Sequence record: DRR378314_1192
Length of the DNA: 49,971 nucleotides
Strand: one strand, 5' to 3'
Positions 18,127-29,437 of the stretch are shown one piece after another. Each line of letters starts with the position of its first letter. The stretch's first letter is position 1. A program made the position numbers and the translations under genes. Under the pieces are notes generated by a model. That model did not search any database, was not told where the DNA came from, and saw only the letters and a program-made list of their open reading frames with translations.

Positions 18127-19422
18127 ATGTCGGGATTGCGGGATTTCCTGAAAGTCTATTGGCCATTGGTGGTCGTCGCCCTTGCCGGGGTATTGCTGGC
18201 CCTCGTGCTTATGGACCCGGCCCCTCCAAAGAATATTCGATTTGCCGCCGGTAGCCCGGGCGGCGCCTACCATGCGTTTGCAGAGCGGTATCAACGCTTG
18301 CTCGCGGAAGAGGGCGTTGAGGTTGAAATTGTTGAGACTCAAGGTTCGATCGACAATCTGCGTCTGCTCGACGATTCCGAAGCCGATGTCGGACTGGTGC
18401 AAGGCGGTCTTGCGACGGATCGCGACCGCGAAGAATTGCGGTCGATTGGTGGGCTGTTTCCGGAACCGTTCTGGGTTTTCGTTCGCAGTGATTTTCCTGC
18501 GGAAAGTCTGGGAGACTTGCGCGCAGGCCGCATCGCTATTGGGGGAGATGGCTCAGGCACGCGTATTCTGGCGCTGGACCTGCAGGCAGATTATGGCGGG
18601 GAATGGATCGAGACGACGCGATTGACGCTATCCGGCACGACAGCGGCGGACGCGCTTCTGGCAGGTGAGGTCGATGCCGCTGCGTTCGCGGCTTCAGTGG
18701 AGTCTTCCTATATTGATCGGCTTTTGGTCAATGAGGATGTGCGCCTACTGCCATTCGAGCGCGCGCCTGCGCTGGCTCGGCGTCACGAGGCTTTGTCCGA
18801 TATCATCCTGTTGCGCGGTGTGGTGGACATTGGAGAGGATATTCCAGCAGCAGATGTGCCCCTTGTCGCTCCGGTGGCTCAATTGGTCGTCCGCAAGGAT
18901 TTGCACCCGGCGATTGAGGCACTGCTCATCGACGCGGCTACATCAATCCATTCCGAAGGCACGCTTCTCGCGCCTGCTGGACACTACCCGGACCCTGATC
19001 TGATTGATTTGCCGATAACGGATCAGGCACGCCGATACTACCAGAATGGTCCCTCCTTTCTTCGGCGCTATTTCTCTTTTGATGTGGCGAACTTTCTGGA
19101 GCGCGCCTGGGTTCTGGCAATTCCGCTGCTGACGCTTCTGTTTCCGCTCGTTCGAGTGGCGCCACCTATCTATCGCTGGCGCGTGCGCCGGAAGATCTAT
19201 GTCTGGTATGAAGACTTACGCACGCTTGAAGAGCGGGGCCGGGCTGCAGATCGCGATGATCAGCGAGATCAGGTGCTTGAAGAACTGGAGGCATTGCAAG
19301 CCGAGATCGGCGCGGTGGAGGTTCCCTTGTCCTACACGGATGACCTTTATCGCTTGCGAAGCCATGTTGAATTCGTGAAGCAGCTCGTTTGCAATCATAA
19401 CCCGGTAAGGGTTGCCGGCTGA
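18127..19422 (+). CDS. TAXI-family solute-binding protein with N- and C-terminal membrane segments
   Basis: AAGSPGGAYH, TQGSIDNL, GLVQGG, GSGTR; C-terminal hydrophobic helix and YRWR tail. Confidence 0.85.
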   Translation: MSGLRDFLKVYWPLVVVALAGVLLALVLMDPAPPKNIRFAAGSPGGAYHAFAERYQRLLAEEGVEVEIVETQGSIDNLRLLDDSEADVGLVQGGLATDRDREELRSIGGLFPEPFWVFVRSDFPAESLGDLRAGRIAIGGDGSGTRILALDLQADYGGEWIETTRLTLSGTTAADALLAGEVDAAAFAASVESSYIDRLLVNEDVRLLPFERAPALARRHEALSDIILLRGVVDIGEDIPAADVPLVAPVAQLVVRKDLHPAIEALLIDAATSIHSEGTLLAPAGHYPDPDLIDLPITDQARRYYQNGPSFLRRYFSFDVANFLERAWVLAIPLLTLLFPLVRVAPPIYRWRVRRKIYVWYEDLRTLEERGRAADRDDQRDQVLEELEALQAEIGAVEVPLSYTDDLYRLRSHVEFVKQLVCNHNPVRVAG

Positions 19423-19423
19423 C

Positions 19424-20626
19424 ATGTCTGAGGCCCGCAAGATTGCGATTGCCGGTGCGGGCATTGGCGGACTTGCAGCAGCGGCGTTTCTTGCCCGCGA
19501 CGGCCACAAGGTTTCCGTATTTGACCAATTCGATGCGCCGAGACCTGTCGGGGCTGGACTGATCCTGCAGGAAACCGGTCTCACCATATTGGGCGAGTTG
19601 GGACTGCGCGAAGCTGCGTCGGAGCTGGGTTCAACCATTCGTCGCCTGCATGGACAATCCGTGGACAATGGACGGACGGTGCTGGATGTTCAGTATGGGG
19701 CTTTGCGACCGGGACTTTGCGGGGTTGCGATCCAGCGCGGCGCACTGTTTGATCTCGTATACCAAGCCGCTGTGTACGCAGGCGCAGAAATTGTGCCTTC
19801 GACGCGCATCATTTCGGCAAGCGCCGGACAAGGCCTGTTGACGACAGGGGTGGGGGCCACGCTTGGCCCATTTGACATTGTGGTGGATGCCCTTGGCGTT
19901 CGGTCGCCGTTATCCCTGCGGGCTCGCCATGCGCTTCGATATGGAGCATTGTGGGCAACTCTTCCGTGGCAAGAGAGTGCTGGCTTCGAGTTGGACGCAC
20001 TGGCCCAGCGGTACAGACAGGCGCGCCAAATGTCAGGCGTCATGCCATCTGGCCGTTCAAGCGACTCTGCGCAGGAATGCCTTACCTATTTCTGGTCTAT
20101 CCGCAATGATGCATACATGCAGTGGAAACAGGCGCCATTATCAGACTGGAAGCGTGAGGCCATTGATCTTTGGCCGGAGACCTCCGCGTTGCTGGAGCCG
20201 CTGGAAAACCACGATCAGTTGACATTTGCCCGATATGAACATCGCACGCACAGGCCGGTTGTTGACCAGCGTGTCGTTCACATTGGCGATAGTTGGCATG
20301 CTGCCAGTCCGCAATTGGGGCAGGGAGCCAATATGGCGTTGCTGGATGCGTATGCGTTGGCGCGCGCGTTGGGAGAGTCAGACGAGCTCGACCGACAATT
20401 GATGTACTATGCCCGCATGCGAAAAATGCATGTTCGATTGTTTCAGGCCATGAGTTGGTTGTTCACGCCGGCCTATCAATCCGATTCCGGAAGTCTCGCC
20501 TGGCTTAGGGATTGGCTGGCGGCTCCAGTCAGTCGTATATCTCCCGCTCCGAAAATTCTGGCGGCCATGGTAAGTGGCGGTCTCGGGTCTCCGCTCAAAC
20601 GGCTGGGGCTGCGGCCAGGAACTTAG
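19424..20626 (+). CDS. FAD-dependent monooxygenase/oxidoreductase
   Basis: IAGAGIGG Rossmann motif; [23 protein letters not shown]. Confidence 0.88.
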   Translation: MSEARKIAIAGAGIGGLAAAAFLARDGHKVSVFDQFDAPRPVGAGLILQETGLTILGELGLREAASELGSTIRRLHGQSVDNGRTVLDVQYGALRPGLCGVAIQRGALFDLVYQAAVYAGAEIVPSTRIISASAGQGLLTTGVGATLGPFDIVVDALGVRSPLSLRARHALRYGALWATLPWQESAGFELDALAQRYRQARQMSGVMPSGRSSDSAQECLTYFWSIRNDAYMQWKQAPLSDWKREAIDLWPETSALLEPLENHDQLTFARYEHRTHRPVVDQRVVHIGDSWHAASPQLGQGANMALLDAYALARALGESDELDRQLMYYARMRKMHVRLFQAMSWLFTPAYQSDSGSLAWLRDWLAAPVSRISPAPKILAAMVSGGLGSPLKRLGLRPGT

Positions 20627-23322
20627 TCTGAGGCCAGTGCCTTCAGGCGATACATTAGATCAAGCGCTTCGCGGGGTGTGAGCGAGTCCGGATCTATTTG
20701 TTGCAAAGCTTTATCTGCCTCTGATGGGGCGACGATCTCTTCGGGGCCAGCGTCGTCTTCCGTGTCCGGTGTAAAAGACGCAGCTGCGAACAGGGGCAGG
20801 CTTTCGGGTGCACTGGGTTCCGCTTCCAGCTGTTTCAGTATTTGCCCGGCGCGTCTGACGGCTTTCTTCGGAAGTCCCGCCAGTTTGGCAACTTGAACGC
20901 CATAGGATTTGTCCGCCGGGCCAGATTGTACTTCGTGCAGGAAGACAAGGTCGTCCTTCCACTCTTTCGCGCGCAGCGACGCGTTTTCTGCACCGGGCAG
21001 GTCTTCGACGAGCTGTGTCAGTTCATGATAGTGCGTGGCAAACAAGGCCCGCGATTTATTGACAGAGTGCAAATGTTCGACCGCTGCCCAGGCGATGGCA
21101 AGGCCATCCCATGTTGAAGTGCCGCGACCGACTTCGTCCATGATGACGAAGCTGCGCTCGGTTGCCTGGTTCAGGATTGCGGCAGTTTCCACCATTTCAA
21201 CCATGAAGGTTGATCTGCCTCGGGCCAGGTCGTCCGACGCGCCGACGCGAGAGAAGATGCGGTCACAGAGGCCCAAGGTGATGGATCGTGCGGGCACGAA
21301 TAAACCGGACTGGGCCAATATCACCGCCAGTGCACCCTGCCGCAAATAGGTCGACTTACCTGCCATGTTTGGACCAGTGACGAGAAGTAGGCGCGTACCC
21401 GTATCGTCGCCGCTCAGGTTCAGATCATTTGCAGTGAAGCCTTGCCCATCTTTCTTCAGGGCGGCTTCGACGACCGGATGGCGCAAGCCGGTCGCCTTGA
21501 ATGTGGTGTCATCGGTCAGGGCCGGGCGAACCGCATCCGCTTCGAATGCCCATTCCGCGGAAGCGGCGGCGACATCCAGTTCAGCAATGGCAGAGGCAGA
21601 CCGGGAGAGGGAAGGGCTCAGCCCATCAATGCGGCTGCAGAACTGGTCAAAGATTGCAAGTTCGCGTCCTTTGGCTTCGTCTTCTGCGCGCGATATTTTC
21701 CCGGCGAGTTCAGACAATTCCTGCGTTGAAAAGCGAACATTGCTAGCCAGTGTCTGGCGATGAATGAAGGTCTCTGACAAGGGGGGCTTCATGAGAGCGT
21801 CCCCATGCCGGGCAGGCACATCAACAAAATAGCCGAGCACATTGTTGAATTTGATCTTCAACGCGGAAATGCCGGTTTCGTCCGCATATCGGGCCTGGAG
21901 CGCAGCAATGATCTGGCGGCTGTCATCACGAAGGCCGCGCGCCTCGTCCAGCGCAGCGTCCCAACCTTGGGCGATGAATCCGCCGTCACGGGCCAGGGTA
22001 GGTGGGTTTTCGGACAACGCTGTTTCGAGATCGCGGGAGAGCTCGGCAAGCGAGGCATCCTTATTGAGGTTCAGCGCTTGGGTTGCGTCAGAAATCCTGG
22101 ACGGCAAGACGGTTCCCAGAGCCGTGAGGCGGCTTGCAGCTTCGTGGGCGGCAACCAATGCGCGACCAATGGCGACAAGATCCCGCGGTCCACCTCGCCC
22201 GAGGCGGAGGCGGGTTCGTGCCCGTTCAAGGTCTGGCGCTGCTTTGAGGCTCGATCTGACCGTCTCAACCGTATCGCGGTCGTCGGCAAACCAGGACACG
22301 GCATCGAGGCGCGCCTCGATCTCGTCCCGGTTGACGGACGGACGCGCCAGCCTGGCGGCCAGAAGGCGCGCGCCAGGCGCTGTGACAGTCCGATCAATCG
22401 TGCCGAGCAGAGAGCCACTGCGATCTCCGCGCATGGACCGGTCGATCTCGAGGCTTGTTCGTGTTGCCGGATCAATGGCGAGATGGCCTTCCGATCGAGC
22501 TCGAACCGGTGGGTCCAGGCGGATCTCGCTGCCCGCCTGGGTCAGCTTCACATAATCCAGCAACAATCCAATCGCTGCGAGCTCTGCGCGATTGAAATCA
22601 CCGAGCGCCTCCAGCGCGGCAATGTTGAAGGTTTCCTTCAGAAGGTCTTCGCCAGCTTTGTGATTGGCGCTACGGGCCGGGCGGAATGTGACCGGAGCGC
22701 TTGAGAGCGCGACCGTGTTGGCGACGGCAGTCTTGTCGAGATCGCCGTTGGACACCAACAATTCCGAGAGGGGGTAGGCCATGAGGGAGTCAGCCAACGC
22801 ATCGGCAGCAAGCGCCGTGACATCAAATCGTCCGGTTGAAACATCGCACACCGCAATCGCAGCTTCGGTGCCACCGGTTCCGAGCGCGATGGCGGCAAGC
22901 GCCTGATCCTGTCGTGCCGGCAGCAGCGCGTCTTCGGTCAGCGTTCCTGGCGTTACGATGCGGACGATGTCGCGATTAACGATCGCCTTTGAACCGCGTT
23001 TCTTGGCTTCCGCCGGAGTTTCTGTCTGCTCACATACCGCAACCCGGCATCCGGCCTTGATCAGTCGTGCGAGATATCCCTCGGCGGCATGGTAGGGTAC
23101 GCCCGCCATCGGAATGGGCTTGCCATCATACTCCCCCCGAGAGGTTAGCGTGATGTCCAGCACCTTCGCGGCTTCAATAGCGTCCTCGAAGAAGAGCTCG
23201 TAGAAATCACCCATACGAAAGAAGAGCAGGGCATCGGCGTGCCGTGCCTTGATCGACAGGTATTGCGCCATGAACGGGCTCGGCGCGGACGCAGGTTTCG
23301 AGGGTGTAGCGGTATCAGCCAT
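20623..23322 (-). CDS. mutS: DNA mismatch repair protein MutS
   Basis: [43 protein letters not shown]. Confidence 0.98.
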   Translation of the reverse strand: MADTATPSKPASAPSPFMAQYLSIKARHADALLFFRMGDFYELFFEDAIEAAKVLDITLTSRGEYDGKPIPMAGVPYHAAEGYLARLIKAGCRVAVCEQTETPAEAKKRGSKAIVNRDIVRIVTPGTLTEDALLPARQDQALAAIALGTGGTEAAIAVCDVSTGRFDVTALAADALADSLMAYPLSELLVSNGDLDKTAVANTVALSSAPVTFRPARSANHKAGEDLLKETFNIAALEALGDFNRAELAAIGLLLDYVKLTQAGSEIRLDPPVRARSEGHLAIDPATRTSLEIDRSMRGDRSGSLLGTIDRTVTAPGARLLAARLARPSVNRDEIEARLDAVSWFADDRDTVETVRSSLKAAPDLERARTRLRLGRGGPRDLVAIGRALVAAHEAASRLTALGTVLPSRISDATQALNLNKDASLAELSRDLETALSENPPTLARDGGFIAQGWDAALDEARGLRDDSRQIIAALQARYADETGISALKIKFNNVLGYFVDVPARHGDALMKPPLSETFIHRQTLASNVRFSTQELSELAGKISRAEDEAKGRELAIFDQFCSRIDGLSPSLSRSASAIAELDVAAASAEWAFEADAVRPALTDDTTFKATGLRHPVVEAALKKDGQGFTANDLNLSGDDTGTRLLLVTGPNMAGKSTYLRQGALAVILAQSGLFVPARSITLGLCDRIFSRVGASDDLARGRSTFMVEMVETAAILNQATERSFVIMDEVGRGTSTWDGLAIAWAAVEHLHSVNKSRALFATHYHELTQLVEDLPGAENASLRAKEWKDDLVFLHEVQSGPADKSYGVQVAKLAGLPKKAVRRAGQILKQLEAEPSAPESLPLFAAASFTPDTEDDAGPEEIVAPSEADKALQQIDPDSLTPREALDLMYRLKALASD

Positions 23323-23494
23323 GGAGCGGGACGCTAGCGCCAGTGCCAGAGATTCGCAAAGCCTCGCACCAGCTTGCGCGCGACAAAGTGATCATATCGC
23401 ACTGATTGGCCGGTTTTGCTGTTGGCATGCCAATCGCACCGGCCTAGTTTGCGGCCTCATCTGAAACTTTTTGCAACAACGGATTTTCCGCGCG

Positions 23495-25771
23495 ATGACC
23501 ACAAAACGGCCGAGCTTCACAGATCAGGAAGCCCTCGATTTCCACTCGCAGCCACATGCTGGCAAGATTTCGATGGTGCCGACCAAGCCAATGGGCACTC
23601 AGCGCGATCTGTCGCTGGCTTACAGTCCCGGCGTTGCCGTTCCTGTTCTCGCCATCGCTGAGGATGAGGATCGCGCCTACGATTACACGGCCAAGGGCAA
23701 CATGGTGGCTGTTATTTCCAACGGTACCGCTATTCTTGGTCTCGGGAATCTGGGGCCAATGGCATCCAAACCGGTGATGGAAGGCAAATCCGTCCTGTTC
23801 AAACGGTTCGCTGACATTGACAGCTTCGATGTGGAAGTCAGCACGACGGACGTCGAGGAGTTCATCACAACAGTTCGCAATATCGGCGCGACTTGGGGCG
23901 GGATCAATCTGGAAGACATTTCCTCGCCGGATTGCTTCATCATTGAGAGTCGTCTGCGTGAAGAATTGGACATTCCAGTCTTCCATGATGACCAGCACGG
24001 CACCGCGATCATCGCGGCGGCTGGCCTGATCAATGCGTGCCACATTACGGGCCGCAAACTGGAAGACCTGAAAGTTGCTGTGTCCGGGGCAGGGGCTGCC
24101 GGCCTTTCCTGTGCAGGACTTATCCGGCACCTCGGCGTGAAAGCCGAGAATATCCTGATGTGCGACTCCACTGGTGTGGTCTATGAGGGGCGCTCCGAGA
24201 AGATGGATCAGTTCAAGTCTGCCTTCGCGGTGAAGACAACCAAGCGCACGCTTGCGGAAGCCATGGATGGCGCCGACGTCTTTCTGGGACTTTCGGTGAA
24301 GGGCGCTGTCTCAACAGAGATGGTGAAGTCCATGGCGAAGGACCCGATCATCTTTGCAATGGCTAATCCGGATCCGGAGATTACGCCGGAAGACATCAAG
24401 TCGGTTCGCGATGATGCGATTATTGCGACCGGACGGTCGGACTATCCAAACCAGGTCAACAACGTTCTCGGCTTCCCATATATTTTCCGCGGCGCGCTTG
24501 ATGTGCGGGCTCGTGGTATCAATGAGGAAATGAAAGTCGCGGCTGCGCAGGCGCTGGCCGAGCTGGCGCGTGAAGACGTGCCGGATGAAGTGGCAGCTGC
24601 GTACCATGGTGCCCGCCCAAGCTTCGGGCGTGAATATATTATTCCAACCCCGTTTGACCCGCGTCTGATCAGCTTTATCCCGCCATTCGTGGCCCAGGCC
24701 GCAATGGATACCGGCGTTGCGCGTAAACCTATTGAAGACATGGAAGCCTACCGCCACTCTTTGGCTCGCCGGGCTGACCCATCGGCTTCGTTCATTCAAG
24801 GCGTTCAGGCGCGTTGCAAGGAGCTGCAGCGCCGGATCGTGTTCGCTGAGGGCGAAGAGCCTGCCGTTGTACGTGCCGCTTTCAGCTTCAAGAACCAGGG
24901 CCTTGGCCATCCGATCCTCATCGGCCGCGAAGCTCAGGTCGAGCGCGCCATGGAACAGATGGGTGTCGCCAAGGGGTCGCTGGAAATCATCAATGCGCGC
25001 GTATCCGACAACAATCCGCTCTATACGGACATGCTGTATGCGCGCCTCCAGCGTGACGGCTACCTGAAGCGCGACGCCCAGCGTCTCGTCAATCAGGACC
25101 GGAACGTGTTCGGTTGCTGCATGCTGAAGAATGGCGATGCTGACGGCATGGTGACCGGGGTGACCCGGAACTACGACGTCGCGTTGAATGACTCGCTGCT
25201 CGTCCTGGACCCGATCCCGGGCCAAGCTGTGATCGGCATGTCCATGGTGATTAACCGGGGACGTACCGTCTTTATTGCGGACACGAGCGTTACCGAACTG
25301 CCGCAGGGCGAAGATCTCGCCAATATCGCAATGGAATCTGCGCGCGCGGTTCGTTCGCTCGGATTCTCTCCGCGCGTTGCCTTCCTCTCCTACTCTACGT
25401 TCGGAAATCCGATGGGTGAGCGTGGGGAAAAAGTGCGCGAAGCGGTGGCAATTCTCGACAGTATGGGCGGCATCGATTTTGAGTATGAGGGCGATATGAG
25501 CGCCGACGTTGCACTCAATCCGAGCCACAAGCTGCTCTATCCGTTCTCCCGCCTGACTGGCCCGGCGAACGTGCTGGTGATGCCTGCGATTCATGCAGCT
25601 TCAATCTCGACCAAGCTTCTGGAGTCCATGAGCCGTGCAACGGTGATCGGCCCGATGCTGCTTGGTTTGGAAAAGCCGGTTCAGATCGCCTCCCTCGGTG
25701 CGACCGTGGGCGACATTGTGAACCTCGCCACGATTGCGGCTTTCGACGTAGATCACGTACACGGCAGCTGA
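23495..25771 (+). CDS. maeB: NADP-dependent malic enzyme with PTA-like domain
   Basis: LAYSPGVA, FHDDQHGT, GAGAAG, GRSDYPNQVNN, C-terminal phosphotransacetylase-like domain. Confidence 0.96.
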   Translation: MTTKRPSFTDQEALDFHSQPHAGKISMVPTKPMGTQRDLSLAYSPGVAVPVLAIAEDEDRAYDYTAKGNMVAVISNGTAILGLGNLGPMASKPVMEGKSVLFKRFADIDSFDVEVSTTDVEEFITTVRNIGATWGGINLEDISSPDCFIIESRLREELDIPVFHDDQHGTAIIAAAGLINACHITGRKLEDLKVAVSGAGAAGLSCAGLIRHLGVKAENILMCDSTGVVYEGRSEKMDQFKSAFAVKTTKRTLAEAMDGADVFLGLSVKGAVSTEMVKSMAKDPIIFAMANPDPEITPEDIKSVRDDAIIATGRSDYPNQVNNVLGFPYIFRGALDVRARGINEEMKVAAAQALAELAREDVPDEVAAAYHGARPSFGREYIIPTPFDPRLISFIPPFVAQAAMDTGVARKPIEDMEAYRHSLARRADPSASFIQGVQARCKELQRRIVFAEGEEPAVVRAAFSFKNQGLGHPILIGREAQVERAMEQMGVAKGSLEIINARVSDNNPLYTDMLYARLQRDGYLKRDAQRLVNQDRNVFGCCMLKNGDADGMVTGVTRNYDVALNDSLLVLDPIPGQAVIGMSMVINRGRTVFIADTSVTELPQGEDLANIAMESARAVRSLGFSPRVAFLSYSTFGNPMGERGEKVREAVAILDSMGGIDFEYEGDMSADVALNPSHKLLYPFSRLTGPANVLVMPAIHAASISTKLLESMSRATVIGPMLLGLEKPVQIASLGATVGDIVNLATIAAFDVDHVHGS

Positions 25772-25871
25772 TTTCGCGGCCATTGAAATTACGCTGCGTC
25801 AGGACTCGCCCGTGGCGGGTGGCGCACCTATAGTCGTGTCAGCAAATGGACCACAGGGAGGCCCGAACAGC

Positions 25872-27302
25872 ATGAAAGAATACAAGCAGTTCTATATCGA
25901 CGGCGCATGGGTAGATCCCGTAGAGCCACGGACAATGGAAATCGAAAATCCGGCAACTGAAGAGAGTTTTGCCGTCATCTCGATCGGCTCGAAAGCAGAT
26001 GTCGACAAGGCCGTTGCTGCTGCGAAGGCTGCCTTCCCATCATTTTCGCAAACGAGCGTGGAGTATCGCGCTGAGTTGCTGGAAAAGATTGCTGCAGGCA
26101 TCAAGGCGCGTATGCCTGAAATGGCTGAGGCGATCTCAAATGAGATGGGTGCGCCGATGTGGCTGGCCAACGCAGCGCAAGTGCCAGCTGGTATGGGCCA
26201 TTTCGGCACCACCGCTGCGATCCTTCGCGAATATCAATTCGAAGAATTAAAAGGCACGACATTGCTCCGCAAGGAGCCGATTGGCGTCTGCGGGTTCATC
26301 ACGCCATGGAACTGGCCGCTAAATCAGATTGCCTGCAAAGTGGCGCCTGCCATTGCAGCAGGCTGCACGATGGTTCTGAAGCCATCCGAGATTGCTCCCC
26401 TGGATGCCATGATCCTCACTGAGATCATGCATGAGGCCGGGGTGCCGAAGGGCGTGTTCAACCTCGTGAACGGTGATGGTCCGGGCGTTGGTTCCTCTCT
26501 CTCGGCCCACCCGGATGTTGACATGATGAGCTTTACCGGCTCGACCCGTGCTGGTGTTCTGGTCGCCCAGGCCGCTGCACCGACGGTGAAACGCGTCGCC
26601 CAGGAGCTGGGTGGCAAAAGCCCGAATATCATCCTGCCTTCAGCGGATCTCGAAAAGGCCGTCGGCGGTGGCGTGATGCAGATGATGACCAATTCTGGTC
26701 AGTCCTGTAACGCTCCGTCGCGCATGTTCGTCCAGAAGGACCAGCAGGAACAGGCGATCGCTATTGCAAAAGCCGCTGCTGAATCTGTGAAGGTGATGAT
26801 GCCTGCAGAGGCGACGCCGGGCGCAATCGGACCGATTTCCAACGGAAATCAGTACCAGAAGGTTCAGGACCTGATCCAGAAGGGTATTGAAGAGGGCGCA
26901 ACCCTGGTTGCTGGTGGTCCGGGACGTCCGGAGGGCTTCAACAAGGGCTATTTTGCGCGTCCGACCGTGTTTGCAAACGTGACGAATGACATGACGATCG
27001 CTCGGGAAGAAATTTTCGGGCCGGTGCTGGTCATGATCCCGTATGAGGACGTCGACGATGCGGTCCAGATGGCGAACGATACGGTTTATGGTCTTGCAGG
27101 CTATGTGCAGGGCGCAGAAGAAGAGGCCCGCAAAGTGGCTAACCGCATCCGCGCTGGCCAGATCCAGGTCAATGGAGCCCGCCCGGACTTCACGGCGCCA
27201 TTCGGTGGCTATGGCCAGTCTGGCAATGGCCGCGAATGGGGCGAATACGGTTTCGAGGAGTTCCTCGAAGTGAAAGCCGTGATGGGTTACAAGGCCGCGT
27301 AA
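25872..27302 (+). CDS. Aldehyde dehydrogenase
   Basis: ITPWNWP, FTGSTRAG, ELGGKSP, GQSCNA, EEIFGPV; GGGAGG RBS. Confidence 0.95.
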   Translation: MKEYKQFYIDGAWVDPVEPRTMEIENPATEESFAVISIGSKADVDKAVAAAKAAFPSFSQTSVEYRAELLEKIAAGIKARMPEMAEAISNEMGAPMWLANAAQVPAGMGHFGTTAAILREYQFEELKGTTLLRKEPIGVCGFITPWNWPLNQIACKVAPAIAAGCTMVLKPSEIAPLDAMILTEIMHEAGVPKGVFNLVNGDGPGVGSSLSAHPDVDMMSFTGSTRAGVLVAQAAAPTVKRVAQELGGKSPNIILPSADLEKAVGGGVMQMMTNSGQSCNAPSRMFVQKDQQEQAIAIAKAAAESVKVMMPAEATPGAIGPISNGNQYQKVQDLIQKGIEEGATLVAGGPGRPEGFNKGYFARPTVFANVTNDMTIAREEIFGPVLVMIPYEDVDDAVQMANDTVYGLAGYVQGAEEEARKVANRIRAGQIQVNGARPDFTAPFGGYGQSGNGREWGEYGFEEFLEVKAVMGYKAA

Positions 27303-27327
27303 TCTGGCGTTTCAGACAAATGAGTAC

Positions 27328-27352
27328 AGGGCGGCCTCCGGGTCGCCCTTTT
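27328..27352 (+). terminator. Rho-independent terminator
   Basis: AGGGCGGCC-TCCG-GGTCGCCCT followed by T-rich tract. Confidence 0.8.
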
Positions 27353-27458
27353 CTGTTTCAGGAACAATCTGCTCGCTGAAACGTGAAGCCAATTCAACTA
27401 GTGTTCAGCCAGTTTCCTCCATAAAATGGCGGGATCAACACTGAGGAGGGTTCGCCCC

Positions 27459-28034
27459 ATGCCTATATTAAAGCTTTCAGGCGCATTGGCCGCGCTGGCC
27501 TTACTAGGTGCCTGCGCCACCGCTACGCCCTATCAGGCTGCCATTGACGGCAATAGCGGCTACTCAGAAGTGAAGATTGAAGACAATCGCTTTCAGGTCG
27601 AGTTCTCCGGTAATTCGCTGACTGACCGAAAGACGGTAGAGACCTATCTTCTCTATCGCGCTGCAGAGCTGACTCGTCTGAATGGGTATGATCATTTCCG
27701 GGTTGTGCGCCGCGAAACAGACTCGAACAGCCGACTGGTTCCGGTTGGGGGAGCATATTCTCCGTATTACAGCCATTTTCACCTGAATTATGCCTATTTC
27801 GGCCCCTATGCCCGCTATTATCACGATCCTTTCCTGCGATCGCGGCACGCGCGTTTTGGGCCGCTCGACCCTTACTGGGGCGGCCCATCTGAATATCGTG
27901 AGCGTACCAAGTACGTGGCATCTGCCGAAATCCTGATGGGTAAGGGCGAGAAGCCTGACGATGCGGCGTATTTCGATGCTGAGCAGGTAACCTACAATCT
28001 GGGCATGAACATAGTTCGGCCTCAACCAAACTGA
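27459..28034 (+). CDS. Conserved alphaproteobacterial lipoprotein (CC0125/CC1285-like)
   Basis: GAGGAGG RBS; lipobox LGAC; FSGNSLT.R.TVETYLLYRAAELT..GYDHF pattern. Confidence 0.75.
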   Translation: MPILKLSGALAALALLGACATATPYQAAIDGNSGYSEVKIEDNRFQVEFSGNSLTDRKTVETYLLYRAAELTRLNGYDHFRVVRRETDSNSRLVPVGGAYSPYYSHFHLNYAYFGPYARYYHDPFLRSRHARFGPLDPYWGGPSEYRERTKYVASAEILMGKGEKPDDAAYFDAEQVTYNLGMNIVRPQPN

Positions 28035-28058
28035 CCTTTGATTGCGAAACCGCATTGC

Positions 28059-28086
28059 AGCCCCGCCTTTTGGCGGGGTTTTTTTA
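28059..28086 (+). terminator. Rho-independent terminator
   Basis: GCCCCGCC-TTTT-GGCGGGGT followed by a T run. Confidence 0.9.
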
Positions 28087-28161
28087 TGTCTTCGCCACTG
28101 GCCTTTGGTCCCAACGCGCCCCAAATGGACCGGCTAGACGAAATGCGGGGACCTTCCGGAC

Positions 28162-29430
28162 ATGCCAGATTCAGAACAACCCCCGCAACAACCTCTCATA
28201 AAACAAGGAGCACACGGTCGCTCGGTGCCAAGCCGAACCGAGATGGTGGTCATGGTTGCCGCCTTGATGGCACTGAATGCTCTGGCCATCGACATCATGC
28301 TGCCTGCACTTGGGGAAATCGCCAGTGCCACCGGGCTGACAGGCGCGTCGCCAGAAGATGCCAACCGGCAGCAATTGATCATATTCGCCTACATTCTCGG
28401 CTTTGGCGCCCCACAGCTTTTCTGGGGACCGATTTCTGACCGGTTTGGACGGCGGATGCCATTGTTCATTGGCCTGATCGGATACGCGCTAACGGCGGTT
28501 CTGTGCGCAGCACTGCGAGATTTTCACGCCCTGTTGGCGGCGCGTTTCCTTCAAGGCGTTTTTGCCTCTGGCGCCCGCCTGGTTGCGGTCTCGGTTGTGC
28601 GGGACCTTTATGCCGGCCGTCGTATGGCTGGATTCATGTCTCTCGTCATGACCATCTTCATGATCGTTCCAATGATCGCGCCAGCGATGGGGCAGGTCGT
28701 CTTGTTCATCGCGCCTTGGCAATGGATCTTCGGTGTGTTGGCCCTGTTTGGACTGGCGCTTCTGGTCTGGACCTGGTTTCGCCTGCCAGAAACCCTCCCC
28801 GAAGATGCGCGCAAGCCGCTCAATCTGGCGTCGGCCTTTGGAAACTATCTGGAAGTCGGACGCAGCCGCGTCACCTTCGGCTATATGTGTGCGTCCGGCA
28901 TCATATTTGGTGCGCTCTTTTCCTTCATCGGTTCCTCCGAGCAGGTCTTCCGCGGTGTATTCGGACAGGAAGAGACGTTTGCCTTCTGGTTCGCTGGCAT
29001 CGCTGCAGCACTGGCGGGCGCAAACTTCTTCAACTCCCGTTTCGTGGAGCGTGTAGGTATGCGCCGGCTCAGTCACGGGGCGATGGTCGTGTTCATCCTG
29101 ATGTCGTCGGCGCTTGCGTTGAGGACCTGGCTGTTTGGTGAAAGCCTTTACTGGTTCTTCCCGATGTTCACGCTGACCTTTGCCTGTTTTGGCATGATGG
29201 GTGCGAACTTTTCAGCGCTGGCGATGGAGCCGCTTGGCAAGATCGCGGGTACGGCGTCCGCAGCCTACGGGTTTGCGACGACGACTGTCTCCAGCCTGCT
29301 CGGCATGGTGATCGGCAGCTATTACAATGGAACGACCCTGCCCTTGATGCTCGGCTTTGTGGCGCTCGGCGTTGGATCGCTCATCGTTGTTCTGATCACG
29401 GAAAAAGGAAAACTGTTCAGTTCTCGCTGA
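28162..29430 (+). CDS. Bcr/CflA-family MFS efflux transporter
   Basis: ALAIDIMLPAL, GPISDRFGRR, ARFLQG, RLPETLP; many hydrophobic helices. Confidence 0.92.
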   Translation: MPDSEQPPQQPLIKQGAHGRSVPSRTEMVVMVAALMALNALAIDIMLPALGEIASATGLTGASPEDANRQQLIIFAYILGFGAPQLFWGPISDRFGRRMPLFIGLIGYALTAVLCAALRDFHALLAARFLQGVFASGARLVAVSVVRDLYAGRRMAGFMSLVMTIFMIVPMIAPAMGQVVLFIAPWQWIFGVLALFGLALLVWTWFRLPETLPEDARKPLNLASAFGNYLEVGRSRVTFGYMCASGIIFGALFSFIGSSEQVFRGVFGQEETFAFWFAGIAAALAGANFFNSRFVERVGMRRLSHGAMVVFILMSSALALRTWLFGESLYWFFPMFTLTFACFGMMGANFSALAMEPLGKIAGTASAAYGFATTTVSSLLGMVIGSYYNGTTLPLMLGFVALGVGSLIVVLITEKGKLFSSR

Positions 29431-29437
29431 TCGCCGT

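Noticed and set aside
14191-20626. 4-nt overlapping convergent stop codons (mutM/XRE, rlmH/peptide, monooxygenase/mutS)
   Set aside because: Common result of genome compaction; not informative alone.
24311-25594. 427-aa antisense ORF (also 31618-32739, 6257-7195, 21805-22704)
   Set aside because: These mirror well-conserved genes on the other strand; typical GC3-bias shadows with no motifs.
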